A DNA stretch of 52,396 nt from a virus (lineage: Duplodnaviria > Caudoviricetes): the IMG/VR virus record IMGVR_UViG_3300036829_000063, positions 1 through 52,396 of that record; one strand, 5' to 3'. The position numbers were made by a program, and so were the translations under genes. Position 1 is the stretch's first letter. Each line of letters opens with the position of its first letter. Positions 1 to 8,672 of the stretch are shown piece by piece. The notes beneath the pieces were generated by a model that saw only the letters and a program-made list of their open reading frames with translations, ran no database searches and was not told the origin of the DNA.

Positions 1-530
1 GCCAGCTCCCGGTCCAGAGGCCGGAACACATCCAGGTCGATCATGTGAGGCACATACAGCGCCCGGGTGTGCCCAGCCGCCTTGATCAGCTCCAGGCCGT
101 GACGAGACATAGCGATCGGGCGGAGCCTCGTCCCCTCCAGGAGAGCCTGATCCGCCACGCCCAGCTCATCCTCCACATCCACCGGCATCCACGCCGCCAC
201 CGGAATCCTGGCCATCAGGCACTCCAGGACCGCGCTCTCTGGCATCACCCACGCATCCATCAGCATCAGGACCAGATCCGCCTGGACACTCTTGGCGTGC
301 TTAGCCATCACATCCGCGCCGTACTCCGCCCGGCCCATCGGGAGAACCGTGATCCCCTCCCACGTCGTAGCCGAGCCCTGGAGCCCGTAGAACGCCCCGA
401 TGACCACCCGGTAACCCAGCTTGGTCAGCTCCCGGGCCAGAGTCGCGCACTGGGTGCCATACCCAGACCCCACCCACGGGGCATTGCTGTGAATGTAGAT
501 GGTCTTGGACTGGCCCTCGGGGCTAGTCAT
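1..530 (-). CDS. Glycosyltransferase (GT-B/GT4-like), N-terminal part, truncated by window edge
   Basis: Not in the ORF track because there is no stop in the window. My translation from ATG 530: MTSPEGQSKTIYIHSNAPWVGSGYGTQCATLARELTKLGYRVVIGAFYGLQG...DLVLMLMDAWV...AAWMPVD...IAMSRHG...LYVPHMIDLDVFRP. The SNAP..GYG.Q, IAMS and YVPH.ID...F.P motifs match phage GT4-type enzymes. The start overlaps the stop of the upstream gene. Confidence 0.8.
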   Translation of the reverse strand, partial: MTSPEGQSKTIYIHSNAPWVGSGYGTQCATLARELTKLGYRVVIGAFYGLQGSATTWEGITVLPMGRAEYGADVMAKHAKSVQADLVLMLMDAWVMPESAVLECLMARIPVAAWMPVDVEDELGVADQALLEGTRLRPIAMSRHGLELIKAAGHTRALYVPHMIDLDVFRPLDREL

Positions 531-945
531 CGTAGGAGAGCTGAATCAGCAGAGGAGTGAGGCTCCCGCCGTCGAACCCGGCCACCGGGGGAGTCTCCAG
601 CCACACCCGGCCACGCTGGTCCAGCCACCCAACCTGGCGCATCCGGATTGGGGCCACCAACTTACTGGCCTCATCCTCCGTGAACGGCCCCGCAACACGG
701 CCCAGCGCCGTGAAGTCAACCGAAGCGCTCAGAGACAGCCCAGTCTCCCAGCACGGCACATCCCCCGCCGTCCTACCGGGAGCCCCATCCTCGGGCGTTG
801 CCTGGTGTTCACTGCGCACCACTTCCCCGCTGTTCTCCTGAGCCCTGGCCGTGGCCTTGGCCAAGCCGCCGTACATCGGCCGCACCAGCGCCGGGTCAGC
901 GTGGGGAAGCTCCGGGCCTGGACGTGGATCATTCTCAGTCGCCAT
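523..945 (-). CDS. Hypothetical protein immediately downstream of the major capsid
   Basis: ATG 945 is preceded by GGAGAGGA. The stop overlaps the glycosyltransferase start. Confidence 0.6.
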   Translation of the reverse strand: MATENDPRPGPELPHADPALVRPMYGGLAKATARAQENSGEVVRSEHQATPEDGAPGRTAGDVPCWETGLSLSASVDFTALGRVAGPFTEDEASKLVAPIRMRQVGWLDQRGRVWLETPPVAGFDGGSLTPLLIQLSYDD

Positions 946-1026
946 GGGTCTATTTCCTCTCCGGAATACCGAACGGGGCCAGACCATCCGGCCCGGCCCC
1001 GCTCAGATTACCGCTACGCGTGGTGG

Positions 1027-4000
1027 TTAGCGGACCACCAGCATCTTGAGCGCCGCCGCCGCCCTGATCATGGAGTTGTTCCTCCACCAGCAGAAGTAGC
1101 CCCGCTGGCCGGTCGGGTAGCCCACACCGGACCCAGCGGTTGCCTGCTGGAAGAGCTGGGGCACAAGCTCCATGTTCATGCCCACCCGGTCCACGATCAA
1201 GAACCCGGTCTTGAAGTCCCCGAAGATCAGGATCTTCTTGCCCGAGGTCGTGGCCGTGTCCATCGTGGACAGCTCACGCGCCGGGTAGCCCACGAGCTGG
1301 GGCGGACGCCCCGCACCCAGGTCCACCCACACGTTGGCCATGGTGCCCGTACCGAACTGGCGCACCAGGTCGTAGATGGCCGAGTCCGTCAGGAACTGGC
1401 CACGGCTCCGGAACCGGGGACCGACCGCGTTCTTGACCGCGTACACATCCGCCACCGTGAACGCCGCCGAGCCCGCCGTGAGCACCTGCTGGGCCGTGCC
1501 GAAAGTCGTGATCAGGCCACCCGCGTGGGGAGCCGTCCCATCACCCAGCACGAACCCGTTTGCGCCGGTTGCCTCCTCCTGGTCCTTGGCGTCCGCCAGG
1601 AGACCCATCATCTCGGCCTGGAGCCCGGCCCAGTCACCCTCGATCTCCACGGAGAACGGGATGAACCCCTGGACACGCTGGGGCTTGATCGTGGGCTGGG
1701 TCAGCGTCGGGCTGTTGTCCGTGTTGACCGCGTTCTCAGACCCACGGCTCACGGTCACCCCGGCCGTGTTCACCAGGTCCAGCTCCTTGGAGCTGATCTG
1801 GCGAACATCCGCCATGTCCCGGAGCGGGTTGATCGACCCATCGGAAGTCAGGGTCACGGACGGGTCCAGCTCGAAAGGAACCGCGAAACCGCCGTCAGCC
1901 CCGGAGTTGGTGCTGGTGCCCAGCGCTCCAAGGATCTGCTGGTCCCGAGGGTTGAGCATGTGCGGGCCGCCCGAGCGGAGCGCCAGGCCGAACACCCGGG
2001 AGTACTCCGGGTTACCCGTGGCCAGGATGCGCTGGGCGATCTCGCCGTCCTTGTCCGGCACCCGGGCCAGGAGCTTGGCCACCCGGCCCTGGACCGCCGC
2101 CGTGTCATCGTGGCCGGGGAACTTGGCCCGCTCGATCGCACGGAGCGCGTTGTCCTTGTAGGCCGCCCCCAGCTCGTCCGAGGAGCGCACGGTCTGGCGG
2201 ATGGCCGCCAGGTCGTAGATCTCGCTGCCACGGTCCCGGATGAACGCCGGGGCACCGTACATCGGGGCCGCACCCGGAGCCGCACCCTGGGCCGCACCCG
2301 CCGAGCCGTCGCGCGGGGCGTCACCAGCGAACCCGCCGGCCGCCGCCATCTGGGCCTGGCGGATACCGGCCAGCGCCGCCGCGTTCTCCATCTCGGTGGC
2401 CCGCGCAGCCACGGCCTGGAGGTTGAGCGCGTGGTCGCGCTGTTCCGCCAGGAGCTTCTCCCACTCGCCCTGCATCTCGGTGGGGAACTGGGATGACGGG
2501 TACTGGGCCGCCATGCTGTTGAGCAGGCCCGCGATCTCCTCCACACGGGACCGGCGGCCCTCAATCGTCCACTCCATGGTGGACCCTCCTCCACTTGTAT
2601 GGGTGGCCACCTGACCACCGTCTGGTGACGCCTGGGCGTGAACCGTGGGCGTCGAACCGGCCGCCGATGCCGCCGGGGGCTCATAATCGGGGTTGATGTC
2701 TTTCATCAGCCCCTCCAGCTTGGATCTGGCCGCCGCCTCATTGGTGAGGCCCTGAGCCTGGGGCAGCCGGGACAACGCCTGGCGGACCCCCTCAGCGTTG
2801 GGCGGGCTGTCCGGGGTGTAGCGGTACGGGAGCGCGTAGGCCGCCTGGGTGTTTGGGTCCTCACCGGACCGGCGGCCCGCCGTGATCCCCGCGTAAAACG
2901 CCGCCTTGTCATCAGCCGCCGCACCGTTGGCCCACGCCTTGGCCGCGTCCCATGCCGAGTTGTCCACGCTGGCCGCCCTCGGGAGCTGGGTGGCCGCGTT
3001 AGCCGGCATGGGGACAGCGCCAGTCCCGGTGGCCGGGTTGACCGGGATTGGCCTGAGCTGAGTCCCGTCCTCAGCCCAGTAATCGTGGTCCGTGTCCGTC
3101 CCGGGCTTGGAGTCGTCCTCCCCATCACCGTCCGGGTCGAACTGCCATGTCCCTCCCCGGTAGACCCAGCCGTTGTTATCCCCGGTGGCCGCCTCGGCCG
3201 CCGCTGTGGCCTCGGAGCTGGTGTTGCCCTGAGGCTGAGGCTCCGGGGCCGTGATCACCGGGCCGGGAGACGGCCGCACCCCAGCCGCTATCTGGTCACG
3301 CTCAGCCCGCCGGACAGCCAGGCTCGTGACGCTGGCCGCCACGGGCTCCGCCCCATCCACCTGGCTCTTGTCCGCCCGGCTGGACACGATGATCCCCGTC
3401 AGGAGACCAGCGTCAAGAGCCTGATCCGCCGTATACCAGGTTTCCGCTTGCATCACGGCCCGCCACTCAGCGTCCGTCCCGCCCACCGTCTGGGCCAGTA
3501 CCCGGGCCATCTGCTGGCTCACGGTCTCCAGCCGGGCCGCCATGGCCGTGAGCGCCGCCGCGTTCCCATCGGTGCCGGACCACGCCTCGTGGAGCATGAC
3601 CTGGCTCAGCTCGGCCCCGTAGCGCTCCTCCCCGGCCATCATCAGGAGAGCCGCCGAGGAGGCCGCCAGGCCGTCGTTATAGGTGTTCACGCCCTCACGC
3701 GCAATGAGCGCGTTAAAGATGGCGTACGCGTCGAACACTTCCCCGCCGGGAGAGTTGATGTGGAGATCCACCGCGCCGTCGATCTGGGCCAGGTCCGAGA
3801 TGAACTCCGAGGCCGTGACGCCCCAAAACCCGATCTCGTCGTACACATCCATCCGGGTGGGGCCGCTGGAGCCCTGAGCCTTGGCGTGGATGCGATACCA
3901 GGAGCGCCCCTCCACGCGCTGATGCCTATCCTCACGGGCCATGGCGTGAATCCTTCCCGGCCGACCGTGGCCGTTAGACGTGGCGTTGACCGCTCGGGCC

Positions 4001-5448
4001 GCCGCCGCTTGCCTCGCGCTCGGGGCCGGGGCATCGCCCGAGCCGCTATCTGGGGTGGTCTTGGCCGCATCGGCCGCCGGATCATCAGCCCCCGGAGTCT
4101 CCAGGTTGGGATCAGGCTCACCAGGCCCAGGAGGCTGGAGCTGGATAGAGGTCAACCCGGTGTGCTTGAGCACGCCCCAGTCGTTGGTCCGGACCGCCTC
4201 GGTAACGGTGTCCGGCTCGTAGCCCTCACGGATCAGCGTGGACATGGTGGTGGCCTCGGCCATCTGGACGTTGGCCCGGTCCTGGGCGTCCTGGCGCATG
4301 AACGGGACACGCATGTCATACCAGAGCGTGGCCTGGGGGCTGGGCTTGGTCAGGAGAGGCTCCAGGCTGGCCGCCGCCTCACCCCACAGATCCACCATCG
4401 TGCCGTCAGAGAACCGCCGCCGCGCGCTGTCAAAGTTGCCCGCGTTGAGCGCTGAGCCCTTGAGGCCCTCGGACATGCCAACCCAGCTCGGGGGAACCCC
4501 GGCCGCTGATGCCATCCTCAGCTCAGCGCTGGCCTGGAGGAGCGCATAGTCCATGTCCTTGAAATTGAGGCCCACCGCCACCGGGTCCGCCCCGCCACCC
4601 AGATACATGGTCTTGTATGCGTTGGCGATCCCGGCGTGCTCCTCCTCCAGCAGCTCTATGAACTGGCGCACCCGGTCAATGTCCTGAGCCGCGTCGAACT
4701 TGATAGCCAGGTTGGGCGTGGCCGCGTTGCGGAAAAACTCATCCTTGTGGTCGATGGCCGCCAGGTCTGCGCTCAGCTCCCGCATCACCGGAGTGATCCA
4801 CGACTGGCCCAGCCAGGAACAGTCCGGGTCCGGGATCGGGGCATAGTGCCCGATCTGCTGGGGAAAGAACCACTGAATCTGGCCGCCCGGCGGGCCGTAG
4901 ATGTAGCCCACCCTCTCGATATCCGCCGCCCACGCCGGATTATCCGGGCTCTCCTGAGATCCCAGGACCACGGTCATCCACTGGGGCTCCAGGACAAAGA
5001 TCTGGTTACCGCGCCGCCGCACGTACGCCTGCCCGGCGCTGGACCCATACCACTCCATGCGCTTGAGGAGGCTCTGGGTCGTGCCACCCGGCCACGGCCG
5101 CTCCAGCACCGCCAGTTCTTTGGACCCGTACAGGTCACCAGGCTGGGAGCCGGACATGTTGGTCCACTGGAAACGGGTCTGGCCGAACACCTGGGAACGG
5201 GCCAGGATCAGGGAGAACACCGTCGACGTGTACTTACCGGCCGACCGCTGATCCCGGACGATCTTCTCACGGTTGGTCTTGTTCATGGTGGTGTTGAGCA
5301 AGGGATAGCCCAACCCGCCATATGTCATCCACTGAGCCCACTGGCCAAAGTCCAGGCTCTCGATCGAAGCCCTCAGACTCTCCCGGGACACCCGGCCAGG
5401 GTCCGCCCGGCGGGCCAGCCTCGCCCTAGTCCGGTCGACCGCGCTCAC
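1027..5448 (-). CDS. Fused portal - ClpP-type (S14) head maturation protease - linker/scaffold - HK97-fold major capsid protein (1473 aa)
   Basis: aa ~1-440 HK97-family portal (FFRNAATPNLAI..., LNFKDMDY...RMASAAGVPPSWVG). aa ~510-690 ClpP (YDEIGFWGVTA, LHINSPGGEVF, DGLAASSA, MLHEAW). aa 958-1473 capsid (coiled delta domain, DGGFAVP, LVGYP, FGDFKTGFLIVDRVGM). No in-frame stop. GTG start has GGAGG upstream. Confidence 0.93.
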   Translation of the reverse strand: MSAVDRTRARLARRADPGRVSRESLRASIESLDFGQWAQWMTYGGLGYPLLNTTMNKTNREKIVRDQRSAGKYTSTVFSLILARSQVFGQTRFQWTNMSGSQPGDLYGSKELAVLERPWPGGTTQSLLKRMEWYGSSAGQAYVRRRGNQIFVLEPQWMTVVLGSQESPDNPAWAADIERVGYIYGPPGGQIQWFFPQQIGHYAPIPDPDCSWLGQSWITPVMRELSADLAAIDHKDEFFRNAATPNLAIKFDAAQDIDRVRQFIELLEEEHAGIANAYKTMYLGGGADPVAVGLNFKDMDYALLQASAELRMASAAGVPPSWVGMSEGLKGSALNAGNFDSARRRFSDGTMVDLWGEAAASLEPLLTKPSPQATLWYDMRVPFMRQDAQDRANVQMAEATTMSTLIREGYEPDTVTEAVRTNDWGVLKHTGLTSIQLQPPGPGEPDPNLETPGADDPAADAAKTTPDSGSGDAPAPSARQAAAARAVNATSNGHGRPGRIHAMAREDRHQRVEGRSWYRIHAKAQGSSGPTRMDVYDEIGFWGVTASEFISDLAQIDGAVDLHINSPGGEVFDAYAIFNALIAREGVNTYNDGLAASSAALLMMAGEERYGAELSQVMLHEAWSGTDGNAAALTAMAARLETVSQQMARVLAQTVGGTDAEWRAVMQAETWYTADQALDAGLLTGIIVSSRADKSQVDGAEPVAASVTSLAVRRAERDQIAAGVRPSPGPVITAPEPQPQGNTSSEATAAAEAATGDNNGWVYRGGTWQFDPDGDGEDDSKPGTDTDHDYWAEDGTQLRPIPVNPATGTGAVPMPANAATQLPRAASVDNSAWDAAKAWANGAAADDKAAFYAGITAGRRSGEDPNTQAAYALPYRYTPDSPPNAEGVRQALSRLPQAQGLTNEAAARSKLEGLMKDINPDYEPPAASAAGSTPTVHAQASPDGGQVATHTSGGGSTMEWTIEGRRSRVEEIAGLLNSMAAQYPSSQFPTEMQGEWEKLLAEQRDHALNLQAVAARATEMENAAALAGIRQAQMAAAGGFAGDAPRDGSAGAAQGAAPGAAPMYGAPAFIRDRGSEIYDLAAIRQTVRSSDELGAAYKDNALRAIERAKFPGHDDTAAVQGRVAKLLARVPDKDGEIAQRILATGNPEYSRVFGLALRSGGPHMLNPRDQQILGALGTSTNSGADGGFAVPFELDPSVTLTSDGSINPLRDMADVRQISSKELDLVNTAGVTVSRGSENAVNTDNSPTLTQPTIKPQRVQGFIPFSVEIEGDWAGLQAEMMGLLADAKDQEEATGANGFVLGDGTAPHAGGLITTFGTAQQVLTAGSAAFTVADVYAVKNAVGPRFRSRGQFLTDSAIYDLVRQFGTGTMANVWVDLGAGRPPQLVGYPARELSTMDTATTSGKKILIFGDFKTGFLIVDRVGMNMELVPQLFQQATAGSGVGYPTGQRGYFCWWRNNSMIRAAAALKMLVVR
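2575..2593 (-). promoter_or_regulatory. Internal RBS and in-frame ATG (Met958) for a stand-alone major capsid protein
   Basis: Minus strand reads GTGGAGGAGGGTCCACC-ATG(2577). 5448-2577=2871, a multiple of 3. The site lies exactly at the start of the capsid region. Confidence 0.8.
3940..3958 (-). promoter_or_regulatory. Internal RBS and in-frame ATG (Met503) at the start of the ClpP domain
   Basis: Minus strand reads GGGAAGGATTCACGCC-ATG(3942). It is in frame with 5448 and just before the ClpP motif SWYRI. Confidence 0.6.
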
Positions 5449-5689
5449 GTGCCCGGATTCCCTCCGCGAAGCCCTCCGCGACAGCCGCGCATATCCAAGC
5501 TATGCACTGCCATCCGAACCGGAGCGTCCTGGCGGAGACGTATCCGAGGCAAAACAACACGTTGGTGATCAGGGCCAGTATGGCCTTACCCGTACCCCGG
5601 GCCACCCGGCCCGGCTGGATCTCACGGGCTCGGGCGTCCACGCGCTCCAGCACGACCGACCGCTCATCACCGGCTGGCCACACTGACAT
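5426..5689 (-). CDS. Small hydrophobic protein between terminase and portal
   Basis: 87 aa with a hydrophobic C-terminal half. It overlaps the portal start. Confidence 0.6.
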   Translation of the reverse strand: MSVWPAGDERSVVLERVDARAREIQPGRVARGTGKAILALITNVLFCLGYVSARTLRFGWQCIAWICAAVAEGFAEGIRARERGRPD

Positions 5690-5766
5690 GGACGGGTCCT
5701 CCCCAAGTGGATCACTGGCTGAGGGCCAGGGTAGCAGCCATATCCCAGCCGGTGGAGTCTGGCGCG

Positions 5767-6117
5767 CTACCCGATGCGCTCCAGCCAGTACCCGCCCACG
5801 CTGGGCAGATAGTCCGTGATCTCATACCGGACCACCAGATTGGTCCCGTTCACCGTCAAGATCCCGCCCACCAGACGGAACCCATCAGGAGCCAGCCCAA
5901 GGTGAGATGGCATCACCGGAGGCTTGATCGTGAACTCAGGCCACCACGCCGGAAACCCCAGGATGTGCCACAGCCGCTCCCCAGAGGTCACGAACTCCAC
6001 CGGAGCCGAGTCGACCACCAGCTCCCCCCACTCCAGCCGCCGCACCACCAGCTCACCCTGAGGGAGATGCTCCAGGTCCACTACCGGCGGGATCTCAGGC
6101 CGGGGCTCACCGCTCAC
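5767..6117 (-). CDS. Hypothetical protein
   Basis: The likely GTG start at 6117 overlaps the TerL stop. Globular-looking sequence. Confidence 0.5.
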   Translation of the reverse strand: MSGEPRPEIPPVVDLEHLPQGELVVRRLEWGELVVDSAPVEFVTSGERLWHILGFPAWWPEFTIKPPVMPSHLGLAPDGFRLVGGILTVNGTNLVVRYEITDYLPSVGGYWLERIG

Positions 6118-7660
6118 GGCCTCCACGCCTACGGGCCGAGGAGATGATGAACGGGGCAGGGAGGGCCGTGGCCTCACCGTGGATGAACGCATACCGGGCC
6201 AGCGTGACCGCATCCATCGGAGTGACGTCGACAGCATCCGGACCCGTCCCCATTCCCCACGCCCACGCGCCCGCCAGTGGCCGCTTGACCGAGGTCTTAG
6301 CCGCTCCGTCCAGCTCGGTCTGGCCGATGTGCCACACCCGCCGGTTATCCAGGTCGTCCACCAGAGCGCCGCACGCCTGGGCGAACTCACGGGAACCTAC
6401 CAGGATCAGCTCCCGCTTGCGGGGCCGTTTCTTGTCCGCGTGGATGCCCTTTAGCGCCAGGTCATCCTCTGAGATCTTCTCCCGGGCACCAGGAGCGATA
6501 GCCACCGCCACGGCCGCGTGACGCTCGGCCAGGTCCGCTATCTGGTCAATGTGGCCGAGCGCTCCCAGTTCCCGCCAGACCAGCTCCACATGGAGGTCCC
6601 CGTCCTCCCGCCGGCCACACACCGCGATGTAGGTAACCGAGCGGTCCGGAGCGATGGCCGCACCGATCCCCAGCGTTCCCGTGAGCCTGCTCTCCACGTC
6701 CGCCTGGCGATCCCAGACCTCAGGAATCAGGCACTTGAGCGTGATGCTGGACTCATCCCGCCAGCCCATCATCTCCCGGCCATACTCGGCCGGTGTCATC
6801 GACGTTCGCAACGTCAGGAACGTCTCCGGGCGTGCCCGGCCGCCGTACTGAGGATTAGCTATCGCTATCATCTCGGGCTTGTCACAGCCACACCCTGGCG
6901 TCCCCCGCAGATGCTTGCAACGCTTCCCCAGGTCGCACGCTATCTCCGGATCAGGAGCCTTGTACTCCATGTAAAACATCGTGGGATCAGACCCCACCCG
7001 GCCCTGGTCTTGCATGTCCCGGAGCCAGTCCGACTCCGCCTTAGGGTGACTAGATCCCGTGAGGATCTGAGGATCTGCCTGGGCCGTGATCGTGGGCATC
7101 AGCGCGCCAACGTGAGCCGGCTTCACCGCGTAACCCTCATCCAGGATCACCCTCGGGGCCGACAGGGACCGGCCGTTGGCTGGCGTCCGCACCCGGAACA
7201 GCATCCGGCCGCCCCAGATCGTCTCCAGCGTCACGCCCGCGTCGTTGGTGCTGATATCCACGGTCTCCGCCGCCAGGTCCGGGCACCCCAGGATTAGCTC
7301 CCTCATGCCCTCCACCATCTCCTCATACGCCATGGAGTTGTGGGCCGAGTAGACCACCAAAGGAATCTGCTCTACGTAGAGCCAGCCAATCGACGCTTGC
7401 TTGAATAGCCCGGTCTTGCCCGTGGACTGGCGTGGCCCGACGATCACCCCGTGACGGACCGCCAGGAGCCCCTCCTCAGTCCGCCCGAAAATCGCATCCA
7501 ACATGAGCTGTTGCTGATCATCCGGAGGGAACCCAGCCTTGAGGCACAATAGAGCCACGTCCCGCCCGGTCGTCAGCACGTACTCCGGAGAGTGCAGATA
7601 CGCCGGGGGCTTGGGCCTCAGAGGCCGCTCCAGATCAAACGGGATCGGATCAGCCAGCAT
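6107..7660 (-). CDS. terL: Terminase large subunit
   Basis: Q-motif (DDQQQL), Walker A GPRQSTGKT, Walker B VILDEGY, coupling motif TGSS, and a C-terminal RNase H-like nuclease (VDVTPMDAVTLA). Located upstream of the portal. Start placed at MLADP after GGAGAGG. Confidence 0.92.
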   Translation of the reverse strand: MLADPIPFDLERPLRPKPPAYLHSPEYVLTTGRDVALLCLKAGFPPDDQQQLMLDAIFGRTEEGLLAVRHGVIVGPRQSTGKTGLFKQASIGWLYVEQIPLVVYSAHNSMAYEEMVEGMRELILGCPDLAAETVDISTNDAGVTLETIWGGRMLFRVRTPANGRSLSAPRVILDEGYAVKPAHVGALMPTITAQADPQILTGSSHPKAESDWLRDMQDQGRVGSDPTMFYMEYKAPDPEIACDLGKRCKHLRGTPGCGCDKPEMIAIANPQYGGRARPETFLTLRTSMTPAEYGREMMGWRDESSITLKCLIPEVWDRQADVESRLTGTLGIGAAIAPDRSVTYIAVCGRREDGDLHVELVWRELGALGHIDQIADLAERHAAVAVAIAPGAREKISEDDLALKGIHADKKRPRKRELILVGSREFAQACGALVDDLDNRRVWHIGQTELDGAAKTSVKRPLAGAWAWGMGTGPDAVDVTPMDAVTLARYAFIHGEATALPAPFIISSARRRGGRER

Positions 7661-7826
7661 CACGCCGCCTCTCCAGCTCAGCGTCCAGGTGGAGCACCGC
7701 ATCCGCCAAGCCCTGACCCTCCCGGCACCACAAGCCGCCGCTCACATGGCAAGGCTGGCACGCCTGCCGGTGGGCCACGAATCGGTCCAGCGCCCGGTCC
7801 CGCTCGGCCAGGAGATCAGGCATCAT
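7650..7826 (-). CDS. Small Cys-containing protein (58 aa, CQPC...C)
   Basis: Manual translation MMPDLLAERDRALDRFVAHRQACQPCHVSGGLWCREG...; it fills the gap and overlaps both neighbours. Confidence 0.5.
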   Translation of the reverse strand: MMPDLLAERDRALDRFVAHRQACQPCHVSGGLWCREGQGLADAVLHLDAELERRRDAG

Positions 7827-8150
7827 CGGGAGCCGCCTCCAACGCGCGCCGCTCCAGCTCCTCGGCCGTCAGGCCCTCCCGGCCACACGCCAGCGCATCC
7901 GCCATCTCGTCATGCATCCACGCGTCGTCGTCATCCCACCGACCCTGGCCGCCGCACCCCGGAGCCCGGCACGCGCTCGGCTGGCTACTCACCGCGCATC
8001 CTCCGCCGGGCCAGCTCATCCCGGGCCAGCTCCGCCCGGCTAGCGTTGAGATATTCCTTGAGCGCCGCCAGCTCCTCGTCCATCGCCCGGTACAACTCCC
8101 GGGACGGAGACCGCACCACCCCCAGCCGGACTAGGAGCCGATAGAACAGG

Positions 8151-8642
8151 TCAGCTAGCACGGGCCGCCGCCAACCGGAAGATCTTGGCCTGAGCCGACC
8201 GCCGCGCCGCCACAGCCGCACTCTCCGTCTCCTCAGACGAGGCCACGGCCGCGCTCACAGCCTCACGATGCGCCTTGATCAAAGACCCCAGCGCCGCGCC
8301 GGACTCGTGGTAGCCATTCTCAATCCGGTACGCCAGCGCCAGCGCTGGCCCCGCCAGCTCCGAATCTTCCACACCCGCCTTGGCCAGCCTCGCCTTGGTG
8401 ATCTCCACCATCGGCCCGATCGTTTCCCGGAAAGCCGACTCCCGGGCCTTGATCTCCTCGGCCACAGGATCGGGAGCTGGAGCCGCCGCCATCTGAGCCA
8501 GCCCAGCCATCCGCCGCTCTTGCTTCCGGTCCAGCGCCGCCTGAGCCCGGCACCCACCAGAGTGATACCGGGCCGACGACCGCTCGGGAGCGAACATCAC
8601 GGAGCACCCGTTACGCGCGCACTCCCGCTCTGGCAACGCCAC
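8151..8642 (-). CDS. Probable terminase small subunit with N-terminal Zn-finger-like segment
   Basis: CARNGC...RYHSGGC N-terminus and a helical ALALAYRIE.G core. Located upstream of TerL near the genome end. Confidence 0.6.
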   Translation of the reverse strand: MALPERECARNGCSVMFAPERSSARYHSGGCRAQAALDRKQERRMAGLAQMAAAPAPDPVAEEIKARESAFRETIGPMVEITKARLAKAGVEDSELAGPALALAYRIENGYHESGAALGSLIKAHREAVSAAVASSEETESAAVAARRSAQAKIFRLAAARAS

Positions 8643-8672
8643 GACGATCCCTCCTCTCCGTGACCAGGATAG

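Noticed and set aside
499-5568. Long + strand ORFs (499-2496, 2638-4455, 4636-5568) and similar ones elsewhere (8700-9944, 28516-29862, 42105-43184 on minus)
   Set aside because: Antisense shadows of real genes in high-GC DNA: R/P/G/H-rich, with no motifs and no RBS.
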